Below, one piece after another: positions 36,592 through 49,201 of a stretch of 64,000 bases of DNA (its first letter is position 1; each line of letters starts with the position of its first letter). The position numbers were made by a program, and so were the translations under genes. The notes under the pieces were generated by a model. The model was not told the origin of the DNA, did no database searches, and saw only the letters and a program-made list of their open reading frames with translations. The stretch is from Anolis carolinensis (taxonomy: Eukaryota), in the NCBI RefSeq assembly GCF_035594765.1, contig NC_085844.1, positions 103,493,923 to 103,557,922 of the forward strand, given 5' to 3'.

Positions 36592-38533
36592 ACCCACCCC
36601 TGCTTTGATGTTGACAGGACCAAGGAGGCACTTTATATTTTGATTTATTAAATGTACTGTAGTAATCCCATGTTTTCTTCTAGCCATGAAGTTTAGCAGG
36701 ATGATTGTAAGGCAGCCACTTCTTGGATCAAAAATATGCTACGTGTTACTTAATTATGTAACCAGGTGAGTCTGACTGGAGCATCTTTATGTGAGCAGTG
36801 ATGCTAACTGGTTCTACTTCTACAGTTGCTATTAAAATTAAAAGAGACAGAAACTTTACCAGGTACATGGAGAGAATATTTCTGAATTTCATCTTTTCTC
36901 CTTGAAGGTTGGAAACTGAAATGACATATTGTGTGAATTATAAGAATTATCAGCGATAATAGAGGAAACTCCTTCCCTTCTTGTGCATAATGAAGATGAA
37001 TTCCAACAACCTGCTTTTTACAGGTCTCAAAAATGAGGAGAGAAGTCTGTATATTGTTGATGAAAGGCATTTCAGCAAGCAGGGAAGAATTGCTTTTTTT
37101 TTTTTTTTTGCTGTGTACCATATGCAAGGGAAATGAGAAAGGATACCTCAGGGAGAGAGAAAAGGCTGGTGTATGATCATGTTGATTTTTCATGTCAAAA
37201 AAAGGGATACTCTTCCATTTAATCCCTCACAGTCACTTCTGGCTAATTTTTAAGGTCCCAAAGCCATCTGTTCTGCTTCACTGAATTCTGTCTCAGAGGA
37301 GGAGAAAAATCCCAGGAGACGCTCCTTTCTTGTGAGCTCACATGTCATGTTGAAATGACCTCATCTTTTGCAGTTCATTGTGGGGGTGGGTAAGCATCTG
37401 TCCCACCCTTTGATTTGGCTTTTCAGCATGACTCTGGAGGCTTCATCTTCCCCAAAGAAGCAACTATTTTTCCTTGTGTTGAGAAACTGTGACCTTGCAG
37501 GAAGCAGCCATCCAAGAATGCAGGAAATCCCAGCCTTCTAACTTTGGGAGTTAATGTATATTTATGAATCTTCCTATACAGACAATACATAAAATGTGTA
37601 TTCTACATCCAGATAGAGAGGACCAAAGCAACAGAAAGAATATAAACATGCAGTAATAAAAATCCAAGCAACCATGAACAACAGTAAATAATGATGAGAC
37701 TTTTTCTTGGAATAAAACAAACATCTAGCACAAAATCAGGAGGGAAAAACAATTGAAAAATGAGATTAAAGGGGTAAAAAGTTAAACAAAAGAGAAATCT
37801 CAAGAAGTAAAACAAGCATCTTACGGGAGTAAGAGGTTTAGAAGTTCATGATACATGTAGAAGAGGCTCATTAAATGATATCAGGCAGTGGACAAATTCT
37901 TGTGGAAGGCAGCAAAACTAAAAAGTGTGTGTGTGTGTCGGGGGGGGGGGGGGGGAAGCAACCTGATGTGAGAGCAACTGGAACAGTAAATCTCATCTTC
38001 GAAACTGAGGGTTGTTCCCAAGCCACTTATGAACTGGAAGTCTGACCAGAAGGTGTACGCCCTCAAACCATGTGGCCCTTGTGAGTGCAAAGGGCCAGAG
38101 ATTAGCCCCAAGGAAAATAAAGTTCCCCATATCTGATCACATGATAATCAGGGCAGTTCCAAATTCCCATCCTTCACCCAATGAATAACTAAGGTGTTCA
38201 CCACACCTCTATATCTTCCATAATACTCGCTAATAAAAGCCTTAGCAAATTCCTCTGGAAAGTCTTTACCTGGTCCCAAAGCAACTAGTGAAAAGAGGTG
38301 GGAAATCCAAAGAGGAAGAGAAGTGGACAGAATGGCCCGTAGATAGGCCCAGATTTGCCCTCTCTCTCCTGTGTCCCATCATAAAATGCCAAGATATTAA
38401 TTATACTACCATCCTACCATTGAAGGTCAGCAGAATGACACCCCATCCACCCTCGTGAATGCTAAGGACAGAAGAAATTGAAGCTCTCAATGGATAAGCA
38501 CTGAAGCTCTAGATGTGGTGGATCAATCTAACA

Positions 38534-38802
38534 CCAGAGCCTCCGGTGGCGTAGTGGACTAAAGCCTCGTGACTTGAAGGTTGGGTTGCTGACCTGAAGG
38601 CTGCCAGGTTCGAATCCCACCTGGGGAGAGCACGGATGAGCTCTCTCTATCAGCTCCAGCTCCATGCGGGGACATGAGAGAAGCCTCCCACAAGGATGGT
38701 AAAAACATCCAAACATCCAGGCGTCCCCTGGGCAGCGTCCTTGCAGACGGCTAATTCTTTCACTCCAGAAGCGACTCAAGTTACTCCTGACATGAAAAAA
38801 AA
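38534..38802 (+). mobile_element. tRNA-derived poly-A SINE
   Basis: Homologous to 19362-19624. TSD AATCT(A/G)ACA. Confidence 0.92.
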
Positions 38803-39229
38803 AATCTGACAGTTTCAATGTGTCCCAGGTTTAATGTTGTTTTTTGATCTCAATTTCTTTTTATTCTAAATGTCAAAATGTGTAAACCTTTTCACATGAA
38901 AAACTATCATTTTTGCCTAGTTACAACCAAATAGTACATGAAGTTCTCTGCTTAGTGTTTGTTCACTTTTTTGCCCATTTTAAGAGCCTGAGATGAATTT
39001 TTTTCCTACATTGTAGCTGTTTTTAATGTATTTTGGGAAACACAAAACACAAATTTTGTACCACTCTCAGCTCTTTTACAAATGTCATTTTTAATGTCAA
39101 TACTAATTTCCTTCAGTCACATACGACAACATGAAAAAACATCAAAGGAAGTTGTGAAAAACCTTTATGTGATGGAGCAAATATGAAGTCATTTTTGGAT
39201 TAAGAAGGTCAAACTCCTAGAAAAAGACC

Positions 39230-39231
<2 letters not shown>

Positions 39232-39275
<44 letters not shown>
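39232..39275. repeat. (TA)n microsatellite
   Basis: Direct observation. Confidence 0.97.
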
Positions 39276-39278
<3 letters not shown>

Positions 39279-40011
39279 ATTTTTATAAAGTATTTAATTT
39301 TAACCTCCTTTTATGTGGTAAGGGGGGAGGCAAGAAGGGATGGGGAAATGGAGAAAGCTCAGAACAATGTACTATTACTTTGAAGCAAGTTTTTAGAAGT
39401 TGAAGATGGATGGGAGATGAAGGGAATTCAAAGTTTTAACAGGGTGAAACCCCAGAGGCATGACAGGTGCTCACACTGATCACAACTGACTACATTTTAG
39501 AGTCACAATTAAAAAGAAGGAACTACAATATATTTTAGAGCAGTAACCTATAGTATTTTGAATAGCTATAGTATCAGTTAAAGTCATAATAGTTTAGCAA
39601 TTGACATTTAAGTGGTGGTGCTACTTTTTTAAAAAATGCACCTATAGCACAACCCCCTTGTTTATAACCTCATTTCATGAGGTTGGGAGGTGGCAGAAAA
39701 GCCGTTGGGAGTCACCAGATTGTGTCTATAATTAAACATCTAAGGTTTTCTTTATTCCTTCCTATTTTGCTTTTGCCAGAAGCAGTCCAAAGCAGAAGGC
39801 AAATGCTCATTTTAATCAGAGTAGGGCAAAGAAAAATATGCTGAAATGGAAATTTGACAATGCTGAAGATGCATGAAAGTCTTGGTATTGTTCTTTCCAC
39901 TCTGATTCCTAACGTTCAGTTACATACATTGATCATTCAGCATATAATTACTTATTTCTGAATGAGCGAAGAGTCTCAGTTGAAAAATATCGCTTTTCAG
40001 ATGATGTAATA

Positions 40012-40242
40012 CCATTGTCCCACCATGTCCATAGATTCTGCATCCACAGAAACAATCACCCACGTTTTGAACATACCCCCCTGCCTCCCTCTAATTCCCA
40101 AATAGGAAATCTTGATTTTGACATATATGAGACAGTATTTTACCATGGAATTGTATAAAATGGAATGTGAGCATCTTATGGATTTTGGTATCCACGCTAG
40201 GTTCTGGAACCAAATCCCAGCAGATACAAAGAGATGACTATG
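40012..40242. mobile_element. Degraded Tigger-like MITE
   Basis: GATTCTGCATCCACAG and GGATTTTGGTATCCACG motifs, typical of MER2/Tigger-like MITEs. Confidence 0.45.
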
Positions 40243-41056
40243 TTTCTATCTGTGGTTCCAATAGGGATATACGAGTCAGTGCACATTCTGCGTTACCTTT
40301 ACAAGAACTGGAATTCATGTCAAAAGAAAGGATGGATATATCTATATCTATATTGTTCAGAATGCGGCAGCCAGGCTACTCACAAGAATACCCATGAAAT
40401 GCCATATAACACCAGTGCTGCAGCATTTGGATTGGCTTCCAACTGATTACCATGGTCTATATAAGATGCTAGTTCTGACCTTAAAATTCTTTACGGCCAG
40501 GGCCCATTGTACCTTAGGGATCGTCTCTCCTTCTCCCATCATTGGAGGTCGCAACGACCATCCCAACGCGACTTACTTTATGTACCGGGTCCTAGAGAAG
40601 TGCACTTGGAAATGACCAGACGCAGAGTTTTCTCTAATTCTGCCCCTGCCTTATGGAATGCCTTGCCGCCCTATATGAGAGCCATGTGTGAGTTAGGGCT
40701 TTTTACCCTAGCACTCAGACCTGGCTCTTTACTAGAGGTTTTGATCTATGTTAATTTTATCAATATTTGTATGTATGTTTTTATTCTTTACAATTTTATC
40801 TTGTAAATCGCCTAGAGCAGGGGTCCTCAAACTTTTAAAGTGGAGGGCCGGTTCATGGTCCCTCAGATTGTTGAGGGGCCGAATTATCATTTGGAAAAAA
40901 AAATGAACAAATTCCTATGCACACTGCACATGTCTTATTTGTAGTACAAAACCCCCCAACAACAATCATTTATTTATTTATTTGCTAAATGTATACTCCA
41001 CTCTCTCTCACCCCAAAGGGGACTCAGAGCGGCATACAAGTTGTATGTACATACAA

Positions 41057-42162
41057 TGTCAAGAGTCAGATGCCAGTTAACATACAAAACAAAGTTTATT
41101 CCGAAGATAAGCCAAAAAATAACATAAACACAGGAAATATCCTTGAAACACTTCACTTTTCAGTGTTTCGAGAGTAGATTGGACAATAATAACTCAAAAA
41201 CGAGCCACGCTAATTTCCCATGCTGGCATTCAATAAAAAACTAAATAACGCTTCAATTCAGCTTTGGAAAACAAATAGAGTTAATTGCTGGAAAATAAAC
41301 AAACTAGAAAAGCATTAAAGCTGCTTCCACGGTGCAGATAAGCCGAGAGCCTCAAAGGGATGATGAATAGCCGTCGTCAGAAGAATCCAAGGTCAGGTCA
41401 GGAGGCAGCAGAAATTCCGAAAGACAAACCAATAGTCAGAAGCCGGGAGTAGCCGTCAGTCAGAGGGCGTAGACAGAAGCCAGGTCAAATTCAATCCAAA
41501 GTCCGAAGAGGGTGCAGTCATCCAAAACAGGTCCACGATAAGACACAGCGAGAGCCAAGCTAGATGATATCAGCAGATTCAAATCATAGTCCAAGTCCAG
41601 TATTCATGGAAACACAGAGATCCCAATGGCGCCTCAGCAACACCTTGCCACACGCAAAGTGCAGTGGCCAAACATTCCCATTTTATTCCCCTTCCTCCTG
41701 GGTGACCAAACACTCACACCCAAACACCAGGTGTCCCAAATCTACTCAGAGTCTGAACTCCACACAGCTAGAGCTCGTGGATCTGGAGTACCTAGCAATT
41801 CGTCGGAGTCCCAATCATCCTGCCCACACTTAGCCCCATGAACACTTAAAGAACCATCCTCCCTTCTCCAAGCATCCCAATTGGGATCAGCTCCTGCAGA
41901 AACCCCAGGTTCAGAAGTATCCATAGACCCCAAATCCCCAGACATCTCCGGTGGCTGTGCCCATTCAGTGCCCGCTTCCCCAGCCACCACCTGTTCCTCA
42001 GCATCCATCTCCCCATCTGAATCTTCCTCAGAAGATCCCCCATATAGCTCTCTAAGTCGCTTCCTGCGCAACTCCTCCAGTGAACCCTCATCACGAGGGT
42101 TTTTTCTTCCTCTTCGAATTCCATCACCATCAACCATAATCCCCGAAGGCGCAGTCACAACA
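41057..42162 (-). mobile_element. Solo LTR (1106 bp; Gypsy- or BEL-like by 5-bp TSD)
   Basis: TGT...ACA termini and perfect TSD TACAA. Minus-strand AATAAA lies ~40 nt from the 3' end, with a TATA-like AATAAAA near 41685. Confidence 0.85.
41742..42137 (-). CDS. Putative LTR-encoded 131-aa basic/acidic protein (unknown function)
   Basis: Open frame in the U3-equivalent part of the LTR: RRGRK...RRKRLR followed by acidic tracts. No recognised homologue. Confidence 0.3.
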   Translation of the reverse strand: MVDGDGIRRGRKNPRDEGSLEELRRKRLRELYGGSSEEDSDGEMDAEEQVVAGEAGTEWAQPPEMSGDLGSMDTSEPGVSAGADPNWDAWRREDGSLSVHGAKCGQDDWDSDELLGTPDPRALAVWSSDSE

Positions 42163-42741
42163 TACAATATATTATATTATTAGCATAGCACAATATTAGC
42201 ATTATATATTACTATATTGTACTATACCACTGTACCATATTATCATTAGTAATATTACATTTAATATATAATATATAATTAATATTATTATATTATACAA
42301 TATTATTACATTGTAATAATATTATTATTAGCTACCCTGAGTCCCCTACTGGGTGGGAAGGGTGGGGTAGAAATACCGTAATAAATAAATATTATATTGT
42401 ATTACATTATAATATTATTATCAATATTATATGTATACACAATATATTATATTATTACTATAGCACAATATCAGTAAATGAATGAACAATACAATATTTA
42501 AAAATAAAAACAATTTTAACCAATATAAACCTATCAGGATTTCAATGGGAAGTGTGGGCCTGCTTCTGCCCAATGAGATAGTCAAGTTAAGTAGGATTGT
42601 TGTTGTTGTGTGCCTTCAAGTCATTTCAGACTTTTGGCAAGCCTAAGTCTAAAACTGAGGGCCGCGTCCGGCCCCCGGGCCTTAGTTTGGGGACCCCTGG
42701 CCTAGAGCATCTTGGATGGAGGGCGATTAATAAGTAATTAA

Positions 42742-42786
<45 letters not shown>

Positions 42787-42950
42787 TTAGTCTGTCTATA
42801 CCACAAAGGTTCTTCTTAGGTGAAGGACTGCCCCCTGCAATGTCACTTGATCAGGTCTTTATTATGTCACTGGCTCGAGTGTCACAGTGAAAGAAAGCTG
42901 ACATATATGAGGAAAAGGGAGGAAGGAAAGATCCACAAAGAGGCATGTTG

Positions 42951-43102
42951 NNNNNNNNNNNNNNNNNNNNNNNNNNNNNNNNNNNNNNNNNNNNNNNNNN
43001 NNNNNNNNNNNNNNNNNNNNNNNNNNNNNNNNNNNNNNNNNNNNNNNNNNNNNNNNNNNNNNNNNNNNNNNNNNNNNNNNNNNNNNNNNNNNNNNNNNNN
43101 NN
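42951..43102. other. Assembly gap (152 N)
   Basis: Run of N. Confidence 1.
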
Positions 43103-44571
43103 GGGAATGCTATGTGGAGAGGAAAAGAACAAAAAGAGGAAAGAAGGGGGTAATGACTGGGCATACATGTTTTGATCTGATAACAGCATCACAAAATCTA
43201 GCTGCAGAACCTAAAGGATAGATGTGCTTTGATCAGCATACTAATTATAGGAAAGTTCATTTTTAATTTTCCCAGTGTGTTTCAAAATTGTCTTTTGATC
43301 TTTATGTAATTTTGCTTGTATTATGTTTTAATTTCATTTAGTGTTATTTGATTATAATATATAGAAAAATGAACCAATTAAATTAGTCTGAGAAATATAA
43401 ATTAGGCTGAATCACTTAAAATTCAGACAAAAGTAAATCTTCTTGCATCTCTAATTCTTGCATCTATGATGGTTTGGTCACACATCACACAGCCAAAAGT
43501 TGAATGTGTACATGTGAACTCTCTGTTGGCTTGTGTTGAAAGACTGGCCCTTAGAATACCCTTGTTTTCAAGCTATAACTCTTTTTTAAAAAAAAATTTA
43601 TACCATGAATGATACAAAGGCAAGGATAAATTCTCACTAATAGCAAGAAGGAATTGTCCAGGGTGTTTTTCCATCTGCGAGTAGGTGCAGACATCATTTT
43701 TTATTCGTAGAGCATTGCTTTTTAAACTATGACTCCTGATTGCTTAGCTCAGTATTGGGGTCCTGAAAAATTTGTCAACAGTAAAACAGTTTTGAACATA
43801 CCTTAGTGGCTGTTTTAGGCATTTATGCAGATCTGTTGTGCAGTATTTACAATGGACAGTGCAGAAGATACTTCAGTTGTACTTCAGAAAAAGGAAAACC
43901 AGCCTGTTTAGCAAATGTTGATTTGTTACCAATAAATGTTTGATTATATATACCCTTATACCTAAGTTCACTTAAAAATGTCTCGGACCAAAAGAGGTAC
44001 CAAGTGGAAAATGGGGGGAAACAGGGTGAAGCGTGGAAAAGGGAAGGGAACGATCTTATTCCATTCCCTAATGTCAAGGTCCCATGTTTTTCTGTAATCA
44101 GGGATGGCAACCATCCCATGTCCTTTCCTCACTTCCATTTGTCTTCTCTGGTTATTTTTGCTCCATTTCCCTTCACTGAGGCAATGGAATCCCATGGGCA
44201 ACCATTGAAAGTGGCTTTATGTCATGTGATGGCTTCCATGAGACTCGGTTTCGACAGTACAGAGAAATAGAGCAAAGACTACATGGGAGAAAATGAGATG
44301 CAGATATACGTAATGTATCATTATTGGACAGTGCATGTCATGTACATGTGTGAAAATATGAAAATAACAGCTAAGCAATGCCATCTCATAGCCATACTTT
44401 GTAAAAGTTGGATATACATGTTACAGAAGCAATTTACAGTGATAGTATAGAGCCACCAACATTTTAACAAGGTTTGTTTGTTTATTTATTTATTTATTAG
44501 CAACATTTATATCCCGCCCTTCTCACCCCAAAGGGGACTCAGGGTGACTTATAAGTTATATTTACATACAA

Positions 44572-45058
44572 TCTATATATATAAAGGGGTAATGAAATTT
44601 TGGCCTAGGACAAAACAACAAAACTACACACCCCAGAAACACTAAACTTGGCAGCACAACCCCTCATCCATGTCTCTACGTTCATACAACAAAAAGAAAA
44701 GAAAAATAAAGTCCTAATTAGAGGGAGAGGAATAATTGTTTTTATCCAATTGCTGCCAGTCAGAAGGCTAAGCTCCACCCACTTGGTCTCCTAGCAACCC
44801 ACTCAGCCCAGGGGACAGGCACAGTTAGGCCTCAGGCCTCTTCCACACTGCCTATAAAATACAGATTATCTGATTTTAACTGGATTATATGGCAGTGTAG
44901 ACTCAAGGCTCTTCCACACAGCTATATAACCCATTTATAATGGACTTAATGTCACGGAAAAACCTTTACCCTTTACCTTAACTACCACCAATTCCTCAAT
45001 ACTTTATTTCCCATACCATCATACTTCGCCACAGCAATGCGTGGCCAGGCACAGCTAG
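44572..45058 (+). mobile_element. Non-autonomous Helitron
   Basis: 5' TC, hairpin at 45028-45045, 3' CTAG, A|T target, no TSD. Confidence 0.92.
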
Positions 45059-45231
45059 TATATTATATTATGAGTATAGCACATTATAAGCATTGTATAT
45101 TACTATATTGTGCTATAACACTATATTGCAATATTATTAGTAATATTACATGTAATATAAATATAAAATTATAATAGTGTATTATTATTATATTGTATTA
45201 CATTATAATATTATTATCAATATTATATGTG

Positions 45232-45574
45232 CAGTGTTCCCTCACTTATCGTTGGGGTTAGGTTGCAGGAACACCCACAATAAGTGAAAATCCGCGAAGT
45301 AGGGACACTATATTTATTTTAATATTTATACATTATTTTAGTAGTTATACACTATTTTAAGTCTTTATCAACCAATCATGTGTTGATAAATCGGCTCCTT
45401 CACCTCCCGTTACCGCTTAGGCTCCTTTTCTCTCCCTTTGGCTTCTCCTTCCTCCCTTCCTTAGGCTGTAAATTGTAATTTTTTATTATTTATAATAGTC
45501 TTTTAGAGTTTATTGAAAAACTGTGAAACAGCGAATCCATGAAAGGTGAACTGCAAAGTAGTGAGGGAACACTG
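45232..45574. mobile_element. Tc1/mariner (Tigger-like) MITE
   Basis: TIRs CAGTGTTCCCTCACT / AGTGAGGGAACACTG with TG/TA flanks. Confidence 0.85.
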
Positions 45575-45997
45575 TATATGCAATATATTATATTATTAGT
45601 ATAGCATAATATGAGTATTATATATTATTGTTATATTGACACAGGAGACATGGTGGAATGATTTCTTCCTGACCCCCCTCTTCACTCTGGCCCAGAGTGG
45701 CAGTCCTTGGGGAGGGGGGGCTCCCATCTGATGACATTGGAGACACGGTGGAATGATATCTTGATATCTTCCTGGCCCTCTTCTTCACTCTGGCCCACAG
45801 TGGCAGTTACGAATCAGGTTCCTGATTCCCTTATCACAGTTTGTTTACATAGCAACATTCTGCACAATATCAGGATGGCTAAGTCAGGAACAGGTCCCTA
45901 AAATCCAAGGCCATGGAATTTCAAGGCCAAAACACATGGGACTTAGGTGATGGTATTGCAAGGGCTGGATATCCTCCATGATATATCCACATTTGCT

Positions 45998-46246
45998 TTT
46001 TCGTTATCATTCCAGAAGCGACTTGAGAACATATAGCAAGTCACTTCTGGTGTGAGAGAATTGGCTGTCTACAGAGACATTGCCCAAGGGATACCAGGAC
46101 GTGTTAGTTGGGAGGCTTCTCTCATGTCCCTGCAAGCTAGAGCTGACAGATGAGAGCTCACCCCATCTCGTGGATTTGAACTGGCAACCTTCAGGCCAGC
46201 AGTTCAGCAGGTATAAGGGTTTAACCCATTGCACCACCATGGCTCC
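45998..46246 (-). mobile_element. tRNA-derived poly-A SINE (older subfamily)
   Basis: Homology to 19362. TSD ACATTTGCT. Confidence 0.85.
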
Positions 46247-47716
46247 ACATTTGCTGAGAACCAGTTTTTACCTGTGAAATATTGGAAAGCATGATATAAT
46301 CCAGAATATTGCAAATTTATTTTGCTCTGTGTCAAAGAATATTTGGAAGGTTTCTTAATTCTGATAGGACGAGGAATGAACATTGGATATGTACAATGTT
46401 GTGTAATAACTTAAAAAAACTCATTAGTAGTTCTCTTCCCTATAGAGGACAATTAAACCTTTTATTTTCCTCTCTTGCTTTCACTCTAGGGGAAACCTTT
46501 TTGGTTGAGTACCTAATGAAATGTTTAATTACCTTGGGAAAAAATGTTTGTCAAGGAAAACATACACTCTCTTTCTCATGATAGAAAGAAAGCAAAACCT
46601 AAATTTAAAACATGAATTGGCAACAAAAATCCCAATTTCCCTTAAGTTTTAATAGAAAAATGTGCAAATGAATACAGTATGTTTGATCTCTAACAAAATC
46701 ATAGTAAGATGAAAAATAAAAGCTTAGCAGAATATTTAAAGTTAATAAGGAAATATTTATGGAGAATAATTTTTGGGGTGGTGTAATTTAAATTACCACT
46801 GCTGTTGTATATTCATCTTACCAATTAAAATTGCAGCATGTATTTCTCTGTATGGCTAAAAGTAATTGGATATTGTTGTGAAGTCTGAACAAGATCAAAA
46901 TGTTCTATTAACAACATTCAGCATCAACCTACTTTCCATCAGCAGAAATAATACGGTTGCTTTTAGAATCCCACTTACACCAAAATATAAAGCCATCTTT
47001 CCCTCCATTCTTATGCAATTGGTTTTAAACTCCTAATTAATTTAGGCTGCATTCCTATGCGTACTTATCTGGGAGTAAACTCCCATATACATCATTGGCG
47101 GTAACCTTGAAGTACACATGTGCAGGAGATGACACTTGACAACACTTGACTTGAGAAAGAAACTGATGTATTGGTAAAGGATAAAAGATTCACAGTGAAC
47201 CATAGGGAGAATCTGGAAGTCAAAGGGTTTTTCATAAGATCCTTGGCTTTTATTCTTTTATTCCTGTACTTTTTGATCTACCGTGGCTTCCATATAAGCG
47301 AAGGTCCAGATGATCATACATATTTCACAGTGAACTGTGAGAAACACAACTGTGGAATGTGGGTAGATCACAGTTAGCAGTTATGGCCCAGATACTTTGA
47401 GAATGTAGTTCCCTTAATCCCTCTTGGCTTTGCTGGTTGTGGATGATGAAACTTGGAAGATAAAATAATGGATTGCCACAGCCACCTACTCTTGGTTTCC
47501 ATGAACAGTATTAAGGATTTCATTAATGTATGGATATATGGCCACATATATCAATACTTACACAGACTTGTCATGGTCTTAATGAACAATTATTGGAGAT
47601 AACTACTGATAACCATTTGGGAACCATTCACACAAATATGCAATTACAGCACCATGATTCCATTTTAACTGTCATGATCCCATCTTGTGGAATTCTGGGA
47701 TTAAAAGTTCTTTTAG

Positions 47717-48298
47717 AGGCCCATCCAGACAAGCCCAAAACATGGGACCTGTCTGTGTTTTTACTAGGGACATCCAAACAATCCCCCTGATACAAACAAA
47801 TTAATTAAATACCCCTGAATGGCCTGAGTCTAATGGGACATTGGGCCTGTGGGGACCTGCTGCCAGGTAGTCCCCATTTGCTATCCCAAACCTTTCTTGG
47901 CTTTTGGAGCCCAAAGGTCTGAGATGGCACATAATGCTTCCCCCCAGCCCCCAAAGTAAAAAGTAAAAAAAAAAACCCACATACCTGGTTGCCATTTTGG
48001 TCCTCCTTGCATCCTCCTGGTCTGAGAAAATGATGTGCCAGGAGACTCGAGGGGAGGTTCCTTGCACCAGGAGGGTACGAGGAGCACCATAATGATGGCA
48101 GGGTAAGTTTTTTTTTATTACTTTTTAGGGGTTCTTTGGGGGGGGGGGGGCTTTGGAGTGGCTGCAAAGTAATTGGGATGGCATTTAGCTACCCTCCCCG
48201 GGAAAGCCTGGGTTTTCGGGAACTTGTAGGAACTTTATACAAAAGTGGATTTTAAAGACCCGCTTCAGTGTGGGTTTAAGTCATGTCTGGAAGTGCCT
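47717..48298. mobile_element. PIF/Harbinger-like element nested in an older MITE
   Basis: TIRs AGGCCCATCCAGACA / TGTCTGGAAGTGCCT with TAG on both sides. Confidence 0.72.
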
Positions 48299-48589
48299 TA
48301 GGTGGAATATTTAGAATCTTAAGCCAGAGTGCCCCAGTGCCTCACCAAATTGCAAATCCCAAGATTCCCTAAGTGAATACAGTTATGGATGTGGAATCAT
48401 AGCACTCTAGTTATGTAATGTGAAAAGAGCTCACAGGGCAATTCACAAATTTTCCATTTGTGTTTCCATGATATGAGCTGTTCATTTGGAATATCTTGCC
48501 AAGAGATTGGGAGAATTGCAGTATTCCATTGCTTCTCTGAATTTCTGCTCAGATGAAAATATGTAGCTATATGCTGATCTCATGGTTTG

Positions 48590-48667
48590 ATTTTTTTCGT
48601 GTCAGGAACAACTTGAGAAACTGCAAATCACTTCTGGTGTGAGATAATTGGTCGTCTGCAAGGACAA
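48590..48667 (-). mobile_element. Poly-A SINE 3' fragment
   Basis: TTTTTTTCGTGTCAGGAACAACTTGAG...GGTCGTCTGCAAGGAC. Confidence 0.8.
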
Positions 48668-49201
48668 TGATTTTAAGCAGAAACGAAATTGTGCAGAAAT
48701 TTCACCTTTAAGCAGCTGCAGTTCCTAGCATTCTTTACTTGATTTCTTTCTGTTTAATGCATTGCCTGTTTAAAACATAGCAAAAAGCTATATATTGGGG
48801 ACAGTAAATATGGCATGGAAACTGTTAGCTTGTACATAAGTATTAATAAAACAATTCATATAAAAGAAAATCTCAAGAAGAATAGATAGTTAAATTGGGA
48901 AAATGTGGGTTGTGTCTGTTTTGTTATTTTATTTCAAAGATGCCAAAATTATTATTCTATAATTCCTCAGAGAAATATTTCTATATTACATTTTTCAGTG
49001 TACCATGAATTTTGTAAAGTAGTCATAGAGCTCAGATGGGAAGTAGGTCTAATCTCCTTATGGAAAATCTTCTTTTTTTCATGAGAGATCCCAGATAGCA
49101 TGATTGTCTATATGGGAGTGTGGCTTACAATGTCTTTTAAATGCATAGAAGAAAATAAAAGTAAATTGTCAAATGTGGCATATATGCACCCAATTTGGAT
49201 A

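Larger units (their letters stand above)
40818..42699 (-). mobile_element. hAT (Charlie/OC1-like) composite MITE, copy 3
   Basis: TIRs CAGGGGTCCTCAAACT / AGTTTGGGGACCCCTG and perfect 8-bp TSD GCCTAGAG. Confidence 0.95.
40354..42786 (+). mobile_element. L2 LINE 3' fragment with (GAT)n tail, split by hAT copy 3
   Basis: VQNAAARLLTRIPMKCHITPVLQHLDWLP...RRVFSNSAPALWNALP. The 3' end resumes after 42700. Confidence 0.88.
44478..45637 (-). mobile_element. Free copy of the AT-rich L2-tailed cassette (hosts a Helitron and a Tigger MITE)
   Basis: L2-type tail TATCCCGCCCTTCTCACCCCAAAGGGGACTCAG plus an AT-rich body homologous to the hAT cargo. Confidence 0.75.

Noticed and set aside
37297-37395. Possible small exon (TCTCAG...GG|GTAAGC, one open frame)
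   Set aside because: Weak acceptor and unrecognised peptide; needs RNA-seq.
42820-43221. ORFs spanning N runs (also 8830-9351)
   Set aside because: Artefacts of assembly gaps.
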